A stretch of DNA of 64,000 nucleotides from an uncultured Chloroflexia bacterium (GTDB lineage: Bacteria; Chloroflexota; Chloroflexia; Thermomicrobiales; UBA6265). Below, piece by piece: positions 1 to 9,275 of the stretch. The DNA lies in contig CAVUKC010000001.1 of NCBI GenBank assembly GCA_963741965.1, forward strand, positions 602,794 through 666,793. Reading direction: 5' to 3'. A program made the translations under genes and the position numbers. The notes below the pieces were generated by a model, which was not told the origin of the DNA, did no database searches, and worked only from the letters and a program-made list of their open reading frames with translations. Each line of letters opens with the position of its first letter. Positions within the stretch are counted from its first letter, which is position 1.

Positions 1-52
1 CCCCGCGGAGGCACTGCGGTACGAGTAGGCATACCCGTATCGGGCTGAAGTG

Positions 53-86
53 GCGCCCCCTCTCGCCGGCATGGCGGAGGGGGCGC
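53..86 (+). terminator. GC-rich stem-loop, probably the terminator of a gene that ends just inside the window
   Basis: 10-bp stem GCGCCCCCTC (53-62) / GAGGGGGCGC (77-86) with a 14-nt loop. It lies about 25 nt after an in-frame TAG at 26-28. There is no clear T-tract. Confidence 0.35.
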
Positions 87-348
87 TGTCGTGCCGCTGC
101 CCGGTGGGACGATAGCTGCTACCATGACGATCGAAGCGGGCGCGACCAGCTTGCCGGGGGAGGCAGCGTATGGGCTGGATCGCGCGCCACTGCAGCACTT
201 ACGGCATGCACACCGCGCGCGTCACGACGCTCGCCAGCCGGGAAAGGCGTCGCCCACCGATCTTGGGTGGAGGCATCCTTGCAGGACGTAGCAGTTGAGC
301 GTGTCGCGCCCTTCCTGCGGACTGCGATAGCACGAGGACACGGGGTAC

Positions 349-1797
349 ATGGAACGACGCGTCAAGATTGTTTCGACGCTGGGGCCCGCCGTCAGCGCCC
401 CAGAACGCCTGCGCGCGCTGATCGAGGCGGGCGTCGATGTGGTTCGCATCAATGCTGCACACGGCAGCAACGAGGAGCGCGCCCGCCTGATTCGGACCGT
501 GCGCGAGGTGGCGAGCTCGCTCGGGCGCAGGGTGCCGATCCTGTTCGATCTCCAGGGACTCAAGATCCGTACGGGACCGTTGCCGGAGAGCGGTGAGCCG
601 ATTCCCATCGCGCGGGGTACCACGGTGCGCGTGGTCCCTCGTGGCGAGCCGACCCGGCAGGACCAGATCGGCGTGAACTTTGCGGGACTCCTTGAGGTGA
701 TCACGGAGGGGGCGCGGGTACTGATCTCCGATGGACTCATCGAGCTCCACATCAACGAGATCCATGCCGACTATGCCGTTGCCACCGTCGCGCGAGGCGG
801 GCTGCTGCTTGGCCGCCAGGGCGTCACGTTGCCTGGCGCCCCGATCAAGGGCGGGGCGCTGACAGAGGTCGACCGGCAGGATGTCGCCTTCGCTGTGGGG
901 CAGGGGGTGGACTACCTCGGGCTGAGCTTCATCAACGACGCCAGTGACCTGGTAAGCGCGCGCGAGGAAGCGGAAAAGTACACCGACCACGTGCCGGGTC
1001 TCATCGCCAAGATCGAGCGGCCGGAAGCGCTCGCCAACCTGCGCGAGATCGCGCTGAAGTCCGACGGCCTCATGGTCGCTCGCGGCGACCTTGGCGTGCA
1101 GCTGCCGCCGGAGCAGGTGCCGCGGGCGCAGAAGGAGATCATCGGCGTTGCCAACGAGCTCGGCGTCCCGGTGATCACGGCCACGCAAATGCTGGAGTCG
1201 ATGATTACCCAGCCGGTGGCCACGCGCGCGGAGACGAGTGACGTGGCGAACGCCGTGTGGGATGGCACCGACGCGGTGATGCTCTCCGCCGAGACGGCAG
1301 TCGGCAAGTTCCCGATCGAAGCCGTGCACACGATGGACAGAATCATCAAGGAAGTCGAAAAGGACGGTCCCGTGCGCTCCGAGCGCGCCGCGAAGCACAT
1401 CCCGGTGATCGACGACGATCAGGAGCATCGCTTCGCGGACGCGATCGCGCGGGCCGCGTACGCACTCGCGGTGGACACGCCGGTGAAGTTCCTCGTCGTC
1501 TTCACCAAGACGGGGTCGGCGGTGCGGCGGGTCGCCAAGTACCGCCCGAGCCCGCCGATCATTGCCGTCGCGGACAACGATGAGACGGCTTGCCGGCTGG
1601 CGCTGGTGTGGGGCGTGCGCAGCATCGTGGTGCCGGTCGACCCGGATCCTGACTTTGTCTTTCGCAAGGCGGGCCAGCTGATCATCGACGAGGGGCTGGC
1701 CGAGAAGGGCGAGTATGCACTTCTGGTCGGATCGCTACCGATGACGCAGGAGGCAGGACGCACGAACCTCGTGCACTTCCGGCCACTGGGAACGTAG
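349..1797 (+). CDS. pyk: pyruvate kinase
   Basis: 482-aa ORF. 'KIVSTLGPA', 'MVARGDLGVQLP' and 'ATQMLESM' are classic pyruvate kinase motifs. A strong terminator follows. Confidence 0.95.
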   Translation: MERRVKIVSTLGPAVSAPERLRALIEAGVDVVRINAAHGSNEERARLIRTVREVASSLGRRVPILFDLQGLKIRTGPLPESGEPIPIARGTTVRVVPRGEPTRQDQIGVNFAGLLEVITEGARVLISDGLIELHINEIHADYAVATVARGGLLLGRQGVTLPGAPIKGGALTEVDRQDVAFAVGQGVDYLGLSFINDASDLVSAREEAEKYTDHVPGLIAKIERPEALANLREIALKSDGLMVARGDLGVQLPPEQVPRAQKEIIGVANELGVPVITATQMLESMITQPVATRAETSDVANAVWDGTDAVMLSAETAVGKFPIEAVHTMDRIIKEVEKDGPVRSERAAKHIPVIDDDQEHRFADAIARAAYALAVDTPVKFLVVFTKTGSAVRRVAKYRPSPPIIAVADNDETACRLALVWGVRSIVVPVDPDPDFVFRKAGQLIIDEGLAEKGEYALLVGSLPMTQEAGRTNLVHFRPLGT

Positions 1798-1836
1798 ACA
1801 CGCGACGTCCGCTCGCTTGATCGGGGCGAGCCCCAC

Positions 1837-1882
1837 AGCGCCCGTGTGGCGCCTCGCAAGAGGCGCCACACGGGCGCTTTTC
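1837..1882 (+). terminator. intrinsic terminator after pyk
   Basis: Perfect 19-bp stem AGCGCCCGTGTGGCGCCTC / GAGGCGCCACACGGGCGCT, GCAA loop, then TTTTC. Confidence 0.85.
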
Positions 1883-1949
1883 ATGCTGAGCGTCGAGAGC
1901 ACCATTGGGAAGTTCGGTATGCGCGCCTCGATTCAATAAATGCAAGCAG

Positions 1950-2001
1950 TTGACATCACGCATTGACATTGATACCGTCAGGCTACCTGTTCAACAAACA
2001 G
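1950..2001 (+). promoter_or_regulatory. AT-rich putative promoter/operator region upstream of the CUT2 sugar ABC operon
   Basis: Direct repeat TTGACAT at 1950-1956 and 1963-1969 (-35-like). Inverted repeat CTGTT-N5-AACAG at 1987-2001. About 100 nt upstream of the ATG at 2097, in an otherwise GC-rich context. Confidence 0.3.
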
Positions 2002-2096
2002 TGTCCGAACCCGCCACGGACGCCACAAGAGCGTATTGGCGGCGGCTCGGCCGGATCAGCCTCCTGGCTGGCACCGGCGGTTGAAGGAGGTCCCTG

Positions 2097-3260
2097 ATGG
2101 GCGAGATACATCGCAACCGGGTCAATCGTCGCCGCGTGATACAGGCAGGAACCATGGGAGCCGGCGCGGCGCTCGCCGGGCTCGGTGGCGTGCGAATCGG
2201 GGCTCTGGCACAGGACGCGACTCCAGCCACCCCCTCAGCAGCCGTGTTCGATCCCGCCGTGTGCTTCACGCCGCTCGGCGGTGCGCAAACGGTCCAATAC
2301 GATGCCGTCGGCGAGGGCCCGTTCAAGATCGGACTCAGCAACTCCTACATCGGCAATGTCTGGCGTACGCAGATGATCCAGATGGCACAGGCGTTCGTCC
2401 AGAAGGACGACATTGCCCCGCTGATCTCGGACTTCCAGGTCAACTCGTCCGGGACCGACGACACTGCACAGATAGCGGCGATCGAGGATATGATCTCGCT
2501 CGGTGCACAGGCGATCGTCGTCAACGCGAACACGCCGGGCGGGCAGGTCAACGTGCTCGAGCAGGCACGCGCCGACGGCATTGTTGTTGTTGCCTTCGAC
2601 AACATTGTCGATTCCGACCAGGTCGTGCTTGTGAACGAAGACCAGGTCGAGATGGGACGCCGCTGGGCGCAGTTCCTGGTCGATGAGACCGGCGGCCAGG
2701 GCAAGATTCTGATGGTCAACGGCGTTGCCGGAACCAGCGTGGACACCGACCGCCGCAACGGCGCGTACGAGGTGTTCGACGCGCAGGACGGCATCGAGTA
2801 CATCGAGGTCGTGGGCGAGTGGGATCCCGGCAAGGCCCAGACGGCGACAGCGACCGCGCTCGCTTCCAACCCTGACATCGTCGGTGTCTGGTGCCAGGGC
2901 GGCACCAACGGCGCGTTCCAGGCCTTCCTTGATGCGGGCGCGGAGCTCGTGCCGTTCGCGGGCGAGGCTGAGAACGGCTTCCGCAAGCAGATGCTGGAGT
3001 ACAAGGACCAGATCAACTGTCTCTCGATCGGGCAGACGCCCGCAATGGTCTGTGTCTCCATCCGCGTCGCGCTCGACCTGCTGCAAGGCAAGGCGGTGCC
3101 GTCGTTCGTCGGCATGCCGCTGCCATTGGCCACCACAGCGGAGCTGGTGCCGGGCGTCAATGTCTTCCCTGATACCGAGGACAACTTCTTCACCCCGATC
3201 CAGGTGCCGGGATGCGGCGTCGATCTCACGATCGAGGAGATCCAGGCGCAGAAGGTCTAG
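2097..3260 (+). CDS. sugar ABC transporter substrate-binding protein (periplasmic-binding-protein type I, ribose/xylose-like)
   Basis: 387 aa. RBS GAAGGAGG upstream. Tat-like signal 'NRRRVIQAGTMGAGAALAG'. First gene of an SBP-ATPase-permease-permease operon. Confidence 0.8.
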   Translation: MGEIHRNRVNRRRVIQAGTMGAGAALAGLGGVRIGALAQDATPATPSAAVFDPAVCFTPLGGAQTVQYDAVGEGPFKIGLSNSYIGNVWRTQMIQMAQAFVQKDDIAPLISDFQVNSSGTDDTAQIAAIEDMISLGAQAIVVNANTPGGQVNVLEQARADGIVVVAFDNIVDSDQVVLVNEDQVEMGRRWAQFLVDETGGQGKILMVNGVAGTSVDTDRRNGAYEVFDAQDGIEYIEVVGEWDPGKAQTATATALASNPDIVGVWCQGGTNGAFQAFLDAGAELVPFAGEAENGFRKQMLEYKDQINCLSIGQTPAMVCVSIRVALDLLQGKAVPSFVGMPLPLATTAELVPGVNVFPDTEDNFFTPIQVPGCGVDLTIEEIQAQKV

Positions 3261-3306
3261 GCCCGCTGCGCGACTGAGCCGGCATAAGGCCCAGGGGGCG
3301 TACGTT

Positions 3307-4836
3307 ATGCCATTGCTTTCGGCAACCGGCATCGACAAGCGGTTCGGCGGCGTGGTGGCACTCCACGCCGCCGATTTCGCGTGCGAGCCGGGCGAAATCC
3401 ACGCCCTTCTCGGTGAGAACGGCGCCGGCAAGAGCACCATGATCAAGGTGCTCTGCGGCGTGCAGCAGCCTGACGCCGGGGTGATCACCTATGACGGCCG
3501 GCCGGCGCCGTACAGCGATCCCGCCGGCGCGGTCGCGCTCGGCATCGTGCCGGTGTTCCAGGAGCTCTCGCTCGTGCCGGACCTCACCGTCGCCCAAAAC
3601 CTGGTGCTCGGGCGAGAGCCGAGAAACCGACTTGGGCTCCTGGATCAGCGCAGGATGCGGCGGGAGGCCGCCGCACTGTTCGAGCAGCTTGGATTTCACG
3701 GCATCAACCCCGGCACCCAGGTCAAGCACTTGCCGCTGGCCGACCGGCAGCTGGTTGAGATCGCCAAGGCGCTCAGCCGCAACCCGCGCGTCCTCATCCT
3801 CGATGAGGCGACGTCGGCGTTGAACCGGCGGGAGGTGGAGCGGGTGTTTACCGTAATCCGCCAGTTGCGTGACCAGGGCACCGCCGTGATCTTCATCTCG
3901 CATCGCATGGACGAGGTCCAGGAGCTTTGCGACCGCGCCACGGTGTTCCGGGACGGCACCAATGTCGGCACGGTCGTGATCGGCGAGACGCCTCCCGGTG
4001 AGATCGTCCGGATGATGGTCGGTCGGCCGCTGCAGGACATCTTCCCGCCGAGGCAGGAGGGGGTGGTCACCTCGCGGGCCCTGCTCGAGGTAGACCACCT
4101 GAGCTGGGGCTCGGAATTGCGTGACGTCTCGCTAACGGTGCACGCGGGGGAGATCGTCGGGTTATCCGGGCTCGAGGGGCAGGGTCAGGCGGAGCTGCTG
4201 TTCGCGCTGTTCGGCGTGTATGCCGGAGTGCGAGGCTCCATGACGCTGGATGGCGCGCCGATCGGCCAGTCCAGCCCAGCGGCAGCAATGCAGTCGGGTC
4301 TCGCGCTGGTGCCCGAGGATCGCAAGACGCAGGGGCTTGTGCTGCCAATGACCGTCCGCGACAACCTCGTGATGGCGACGCTGCCCGAGCACTCGAATGC
4401 GGGATTCATCTCACCAGCGCGGGAGCAGCGGGCGTCCCTGGCGGTATGGGAGCGGCTCGATATCAGGGCGGCGAGCGGAGAGACACCGGTGCGGTTCCTC
4501 TCCGGCGGGAACCAGCAGAAGGTTGTTATCGCCAAGTGGCTGCTCACCGACGCCAGGGTGTACCTGCTCTCGGATCTGACGCGCGGCATCGATGTCGGCG
4601 CCAAGCTGGAGATATACGAGCTGATGCGAGAGCTGACCGCGGCGGGAAAGGGAATCCTGTTCTTCTCCACCGATTTGACGGAGATTGTGGGGATGTGTGA
4701 TCGCGCGCTGGTGATGTATGAGGGATCCATCGTGCGGGAGCTTGCAGGTTCGGAGCTGACGGACGCGAACCTGGTGGAGGCTGCGGTCGGTTTGCCCGTG
4801 ACAGCGCAAACAGCACGCGCGGGAGTGGCGCCATGA
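3307..4836 (+). CDS. sugar ABC transporter ATP-binding protein with two ABC cassettes (RbsA/MglA-like)
   Basis: The tracked ORF 2725..4836 is over-extended at the N-terminus. ATG 3307 gives 509 aa starting 'MPLLSATGIDKRFGG'. Walker A 'GENGAGKST', second signature 'LSGGNQQKV'. Confidence 0.9.
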   Translation: MPLLSATGIDKRFGGVVALHAADFACEPGEIHALLGENGAGKSTMIKVLCGVQQPDAGVITYDGRPAPYSDPAGAVALGIVPVFQELSLVPDLTVAQNLVLGREPRNRLGLLDQRRMRREAAALFEQLGFHGINPGTQVKHLPLADRQLVEIAKALSRNPRVLILDEATSALNRREVERVFTVIRQLRDQGTAVIFISHRMDEVQELCDRATVFRDGTNVGTVVIGETPPGEIVRMMVGRPLQDIFPPRQEGVVTSRALLEVDHLSWGSELRDVSLTVHAGEIVGLSGLEGQGQAELLFALFGVYAGVRGSMTLDGAPIGQSSPAAAMQSGLALVPEDRKTQGLVLPMTVRDNLVMATLPEHSNAGFISPAREQRASLAVWERLDIRAASGETPVRFLSGGNQQKVVIAKWLLTDARVYLLSDLTRGIDVGAKLEIYELMRELTAAGKGILFFSTDLTEIVGMCDRALVMYEGSIVRELAGSELTDANLVEAAVGLPVTAQTARAGVAP

Positions 4837-5861
4837 GCGCTGTACCCGCACCGGACTCCACGCCAACCCGTCCCGCCCGGGAGCGGCGGCTGACAGGGGC
4901 GGGGAGGTTCATCGCCAGCAACGGACGGCTGGTGCTGGCGTTCGTCATTCTCACCCTTTTGCTGGTGATCTACGTCGAGCGCGTGCCACAGTTCGGCGCC
5001 CGCGAGCAGCGCTCGGTGGTCAACCAGGGCATGGCCCTCACAACGGCCGCGTTCGGGCAGACGGTGGTCGTGCTGACCGGAGGCATCGATCTCTCGGTGG
5101 GCTCGATGATCAGCCTGACCAACAGTGTGGCGTCGCGGATCACGAACGGTGAGAGCACGTCGCGCGTCTGGCTTGCTGGCCTCGCGTGTCTCGTCATCGG
5201 CGCGCTGGGGGGCCTCGTCAACGGGTTGATCGTGGCCTATGGCCGCCTTCAACCGATCATCGTGACGCTCGCGACGTCGTCCGTGTTCTCCGGCATCGCA
5301 CTCTATGTGCGGCCCCAGCCAGCGGGCGACTTCCCGTTCAATGCGACCCAGTTCTGGACCGGTTCGATGCAGTTCCGGCAGTGGCCGCGGGGTGTGCTTC
5401 TGCTTGCCGCGCTCATGGCGGTCTGGATGGTCTTTCGCCGCACGCGTCTGGCGACCCGTATCGTCGCGATCGGCAGCAGCGAGGGGGCGGCGTTCATGTC
5501 CGGCGTGCATGTCAACCGCGCGAAGATCGCCGCCTACACCGTTTCCGGCATCGCATCGGGCGCTGCCGGCTTCTACCTGACTGCCCAGACAGGGAATGGG
5601 AATGCGCTTTCGGGCGCTGCCTACACGCTGAATTCGATAGCCGCGGTGGTGCTCGGTGGCGCAAGCCTCGCCGGCGGAGCGGGGACCTTCATGGGCACCA
5701 TTGCCGGTGCCTATACCATCGCCCTGATCCCGCGCGTGCTGTTCTTCTACGACGTCTCGCAGTTTTACCAGCAGCTGCTCCAGGGGCTGGTGCTTCTCGT
5801 CGCGGTCGGCCTGGGCGCCGTGGGCGTGCTGCGGGCACGTAATCGTCTGGACAAGGTGTAG
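4833..5861 (+). CDS. sugar ABC transporter permease (RbsC/AraH family)
   Basis: 342 aa, polytopic, motif 'TGGIDLSVGS'. The ATG overlaps the ATPase stop (ATGA). Confidence 0.85.
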   Translation: MSAVPAPDSTPTRPARERRLTGAGRFIASNGRLVLAFVILTLLLVIYVERVPQFGAREQRSVVNQGMALTTAAFGQTVVVLTGGIDLSVGSMISLTNSVASRITNGESTSRVWLAGLACLVIGALGGLVNGLIVAYGRLQPIIVTLATSSVFSGIALYVRPQPAGDFPFNATQFWTGSMQFRQWPRGVLLLAALMAVWMVFRRTRLATRIVAIGSSEGAAFMSGVHVNRAKIAAYTVSGIASGAAGFYLTAQTGNGNALSGAAYTLNSIAAVVLGGASLAGGAGTFMGTIAGAYTIALIPRVLFFYDVSQFYQQLLQGLVLLVAVGLGAVGVLRARNRLDKV

Positions 5862-5863
5862 CG

Positions 5864-6886
5864 ATGTCGTCCACCACCCAACCAGCTGGAGAGCTCGAGC
5901 GCCGAAGTCTGGCACAGCGGCTCTACTCGGGTGAGGACTCCTTGTATGTGAGGAACAGGGCGCTGGTGATCGCGTTCGGGTTAATCATCGTGCTGCTCAT
6001 TCTCTCGGGTATCCGGCAGCCAGGCTTCCTGAGCCTGAACAACCTCCGCCAGCAGCTTGTGCTGGCCACATTTCTCGGCACGGTCGCCGCCGGGCAGACG
6101 ATCGTCATTCTGACTGGCGGCATCGACCTGTCGGTTGCGTGGAACCTGAACTTTGCGGCGATCCTCTTCACCCAGACGATCAGCGGCAGCCACGACCCCT
6201 GGAAGATCGCGATGGCCACCGTGCTTGCGCTGCTCGCCGGCACCGCCGTCGGCTTCGTAAACGGGCTGGGCGTCGCGATCCTGAAGATCCCCTCGCTGGT
6301 GATGACGCTCGGCATGAACACCGTGATGCTCGGTGTCACGCTGGTATATACGAACGGCTCGCCGCAGGGTCTCGCGCCGAGCTTCGCGAGGGCGCTGGCG
6401 ACCGGCAAGATCATCGGCCAGATTCCCTGGGCGCTGGTGTTCTGGATCGGGCTGTCGACGCTGATGATCGGGATCTTCAAGTACACCGTGTTCGGGCGGC
6501 GTATCTACGCGATCGGCAACAATCCACGCGCGGCGTACCTGTCCGGTGCACCGGTTCGCCTGACGCTGGTTGGCGTCTACGCCTTCGCCGGTATGACGGC
6601 GGGCCTGGGCGGCATCCTGCTCGCTGGCTACTCGAACAACACGTACCTCGGCATGGGCGACTCATATGTGCTGCAGAGTATCGCCGCGGTGGTGATCGGC
6701 GGCACGTCGATCCTCGGTGGCGCGGGCGGCTATGGCGGCACGATCGCGGGCGCGATCATGATCGTGCTGCTGCAGAACGCGTTGCAGGTTGCGGGCATCC
6801 GGCCGGCTGGCCAGGAGATCCTGTACGGGCTGATCATCCTGCTCATGCTCTTCATCTATGGTCGCGCGGCGAAGGTACGGGAGTAG
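5864..6886 (+). CDS. sugar ABC transporter permease (RbsC/AraH family), second subunit
   Basis: 340 aa, polytopic, motif 'TGGIDLSVAW'. Starts 2 nt after the previous stop. Confidence 0.85.
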   Translation: MSSTTQPAGELERRSLAQRLYSGEDSLYVRNRALVIAFGLIIVLLILSGIRQPGFLSLNNLRQQLVLATFLGTVAAGQTIVILTGGIDLSVAWNLNFAAILFTQTISGSHDPWKIAMATVLALLAGTAVGFVNGLGVAILKIPSLVMTLGMNTVMLGVTLVYTNGSPQGLAPSFARALATGKIIGQIPWALVFWIGLSTLMIGIFKYTVFGRRIYAIGNNPRAAYLSGAPVRLTLVGVYAFAGMTAGLGGILLAGYSNNTYLGMGDSYVLQSIAAVVIGGTSILGGAGGYGGTIAGAIMIVLLQNALQVAGIRPAGQEILYGLIILLMLFIYGRAAKVRE

Positions 6887-6913
6887 CGCCAGGCGAGCTG
6901 GCCAGCATCCGGC

Positions 6914-8563
6914 TCACTCGACGGTCGCGGTGACGATGTTGTACCCCTGCGCGCCCTGCGGCACGATGCCGCGCGGCTCGGGGGGCTGCGGCTCGCCGGT
7001 ACCGTCGACCGCCCGTGAGTACACGCGGTACTCACCGGCTTCGCCGGGCGTCCACTGGTAGCGCCACAGGACCCAGGTGAGATCCGTGCCGGGGTAGTAG
7101 ATCTCGGCGTCGTTCCACGTCTCGCCGTCGTCGGTAGTGACCTCGACGGAGCGAATGCCGCGATCCGCGGCGAATGCCCTGCCGCGGAGATCGACCGGCT
7201 GACCGGCAGGGAGAGGCCGCAGGAACTTCGCCGATTGCCCGGCGCCGGTGGTGCGCGGCCGGAAGACGTCTGAACGTGTCGGTGGCACGAACACCGGCCC
7301 CCAGCCCTGCTGCTCGTAGAACCCCTGCGTGTCCTCGGTGACCACCTCGATGCGTGCTACCCACTTGATGTTCTTCTCGCCGAAGAGCCCAGGCACCACC
7401 ACGCGCACCGGGTACCCGTGGTGACGCGGCAGCGGCTGGCCGTTCATCTCGTAGACGAGCAGGGTGTTCTCGTCGAGCGCGTAATCGATGCCGAAGGTGT
7501 CCGTGTAGGCGTCGGTGCCCCAGAGCTTGATCTCGTAGGCGTCGCCATGGACGCCGGCGGCGTTCAGCACATCGCGAAGGCGTACACCTCGCCAGGCGGC
7601 GTTGCTGAACAGTCCCGCACCGATGCGGTTGCTGATGCACATCAGCGTGGATTCCTGATCGATCTGCTCGTAGTCCTGCAGGTCGTCGAAGCTGATCGTC
7701 ATCTCGCGGTCGACCGCGCCGCCGATCTCCAGTCGCCAGAGATCGCGGTGGACATCCGGATCGACGACGTTCTTGGTTACCGTGTAGAAGCGGTCGTTCG
7801 GCGTGATCGGCTGGATGTCCTCGCCGCTGTACGGGCGGCCGTCGTAGAAGAAGGTGGCGCGGTTATACAGGCGCTGGAGCAGCTCGTAGGTGGGCCAGAC
7901 CAGCGCGGCACCGCCAGCGGCAGCGATGATCCCTCGTCGACTCAGCGGCGTGGCGATCGGTCGCACCGGTGCATCGTCCTCACCCCGGGCCTCCGGGACA
8001 TCCCTGGACAGGCGGCTGGTGCTGAGCCGATACACGAGCATCACGGTCGCCGCGAAGAGGGCGAACCAGGCGAGCAGAGCGATGATTGAAACCCACCGCG
8101 CGGTGGAGTGGGGGATACCGATGTAGCTCGCGGGCAGAACCGGCCAGAGGAGCGCGACGAAGCCGAGCCAGACCAGCAGCACGGCGGCGCCGATGAACAG
8201 CCACGCTGTTCTGGGAATGCCGAGGTACCAGGCTCGCGAGCGGCGGGACCATGGGCTCTCCACCACGAGCGCGTAGATGATGCCGACCACGATGCCAGCA
8301 GTCAAAATCCCGCGCAGGCCCGACAGGATGCCGAACTGCTTGAGCCCGTTGTATCCGCCGTAGGTGCCGAACATCGAGAAGAAGCGGTCGATGTCGAGTG
8401 TCGGCGCGACGCGGTCAGGCACAGCTTCCGGCGGTGGCATGATGCCGAGCCAATAGCGCCCCGCCACCATCGCGAGCGCGGTGACGACGGCGCCGACGAC
8501 ACCGGCGAGCATCCCGAGGATGGCATTCGGAAGATATCGGAGCCCCCTGGTGGTGATGCCCAT
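6914..8563 (-). CDS. membrane-anchored molybdopterin-dependent oxidoreductase (sulfite-oxidase family)
   Basis: 549 aa. The N-terminal ~200 aa carry several hydrophobic helices. The C-terminal Moco domain has 'STLMCISNR' (Mo-ligand Cys context) and 'GYPVRVVVPGLFGEKNIKW', followed by an Ig-like dimerisation-type domain. Confidence 0.75.
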   Translation of the reverse strand: MGITTRGLRYLPNAILGMLAGVVGAVVTALAMVAGRYWLGIMPPPEAVPDRVAPTLDIDRFFSMFGTYGGYNGLKQFGILSGLRGILTAGIVVGIIYALVVESPWSRRSRAWYLGIPRTAWLFIGAAVLLVWLGFVALLWPVLPASYIGIPHSTARWVSIIALLAWFALFAATVMLVYRLSTSRLSRDVPEARGEDDAPVRPIATPLSRRGIIAAAGGAALVWPTYELLQRLYNRATFFYDGRPYSGEDIQPITPNDRFYTVTKNVVDPDVHRDLWRLEIGGAVDREMTISFDDLQDYEQIDQESTLMCISNRIGAGLFSNAAWRGVRLRDVLNAAGVHGDAYEIKLWGTDAYTDTFGIDYALDENTLLVYEMNGQPLPRHHGYPVRVVVPGLFGEKNIKWVARIEVVTEDTQGFYEQQGWGPVFVPPTRSDVFRPRTTGAGQSAKFLRPLPAGQPVDLRGRAFAADRGIRSVEVTTDDGETWNDAEIYYPGTDLTWVLWRYQWTPGEAGEYRVYSRAVDGTGEPQPPEPRGIVPQGAQGYNIVTATVE

Positions 8564-8615
8564 CGCTTTCGCTCCATGACTGAACTGGCTGCTGCGATGC
8601 GTCCATGCTACAGGA

Positions 8616-9275
8616 TCAACCTGATTGCAGTGTGATGCCGTAGCGCTTCGCGATCATGTCGCGCCAGCGCGCGGCGAGGGCAGGGCAGGCGGTGATTGCC
8701 GCCGCGCGGTCAGAGTCGATCACCCCGCGGGCAGCCTGGAACGTCTCGCGGACGGTCGGCGCGTCCGCGTCACGATCGACGAGCACCAGCGTGCCAGTCG
8801 TCGGTGCCTCGCCGGGCTGAGCGACACGCGCGTACCAGCCCGATCGCTCGCTGGCGATCAGCAGCGCGGGAAGGTCACGATGCCCGGCCCTGAGCCCGAG
8901 CTTGAAGCATGGCCAGCGAGGCTGGGCGATCTCCAGGATCGCATCGCCCCACTGCCAGCGATCGCCGATGCGAACGTCGGGCTCAACCGCGCCGCGGATC
9001 GACAGGTTCTCGCCGAACGGTGCGTCGGTGCCGTCGCCGTACCCGATCTCCTGCATCCAGGCGGGGATATGATCGAGCGAGTAGGTGTACACGGCCTTGT
9101 CGACGCCGCCGTGCGCGACCAGGTCGGCCTGGCCGTCACCGTCGATGTTGGTGGCGCCGACCAGGACCGTGTCCCGATCGACGCGATGCTTGCGGATGCC
9201 GCTCTGCACGACGCGTCCCGAGCGGTCGTCCCGCAACGGGGCCGGCATGCCGACATTGACGGCGACAAGTTGCAT
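8616..9275 (-). CDS. MOSC domain-containing protein (YiiM-like)
   Basis: 219 aa. Conserved 'QPRWPCFKL' Cys motif. The start overlaps the stop of the upstream M16 gene (TGATG). Confidence 0.8.
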   Translation of the reverse strand: MQLVAVNVGMPAPLRDDRSGRVVQSGIRKHRVDRDTVLVGATNIDGDGQADLVAHGGVDKAVYTYSLDHIPAWMQEIGYGDGTDAPFGENLSIRGAVEPDVRIGDRWQWGDAILEIAQPRWPCFKLGLRAGHRDLPALLIASERSGWYARVAQPGEAPTTGTLVLVDRDADAPTVRETFQAARGVIDSDRAAAITACPALAARWRDMIAKRYGITLQSG

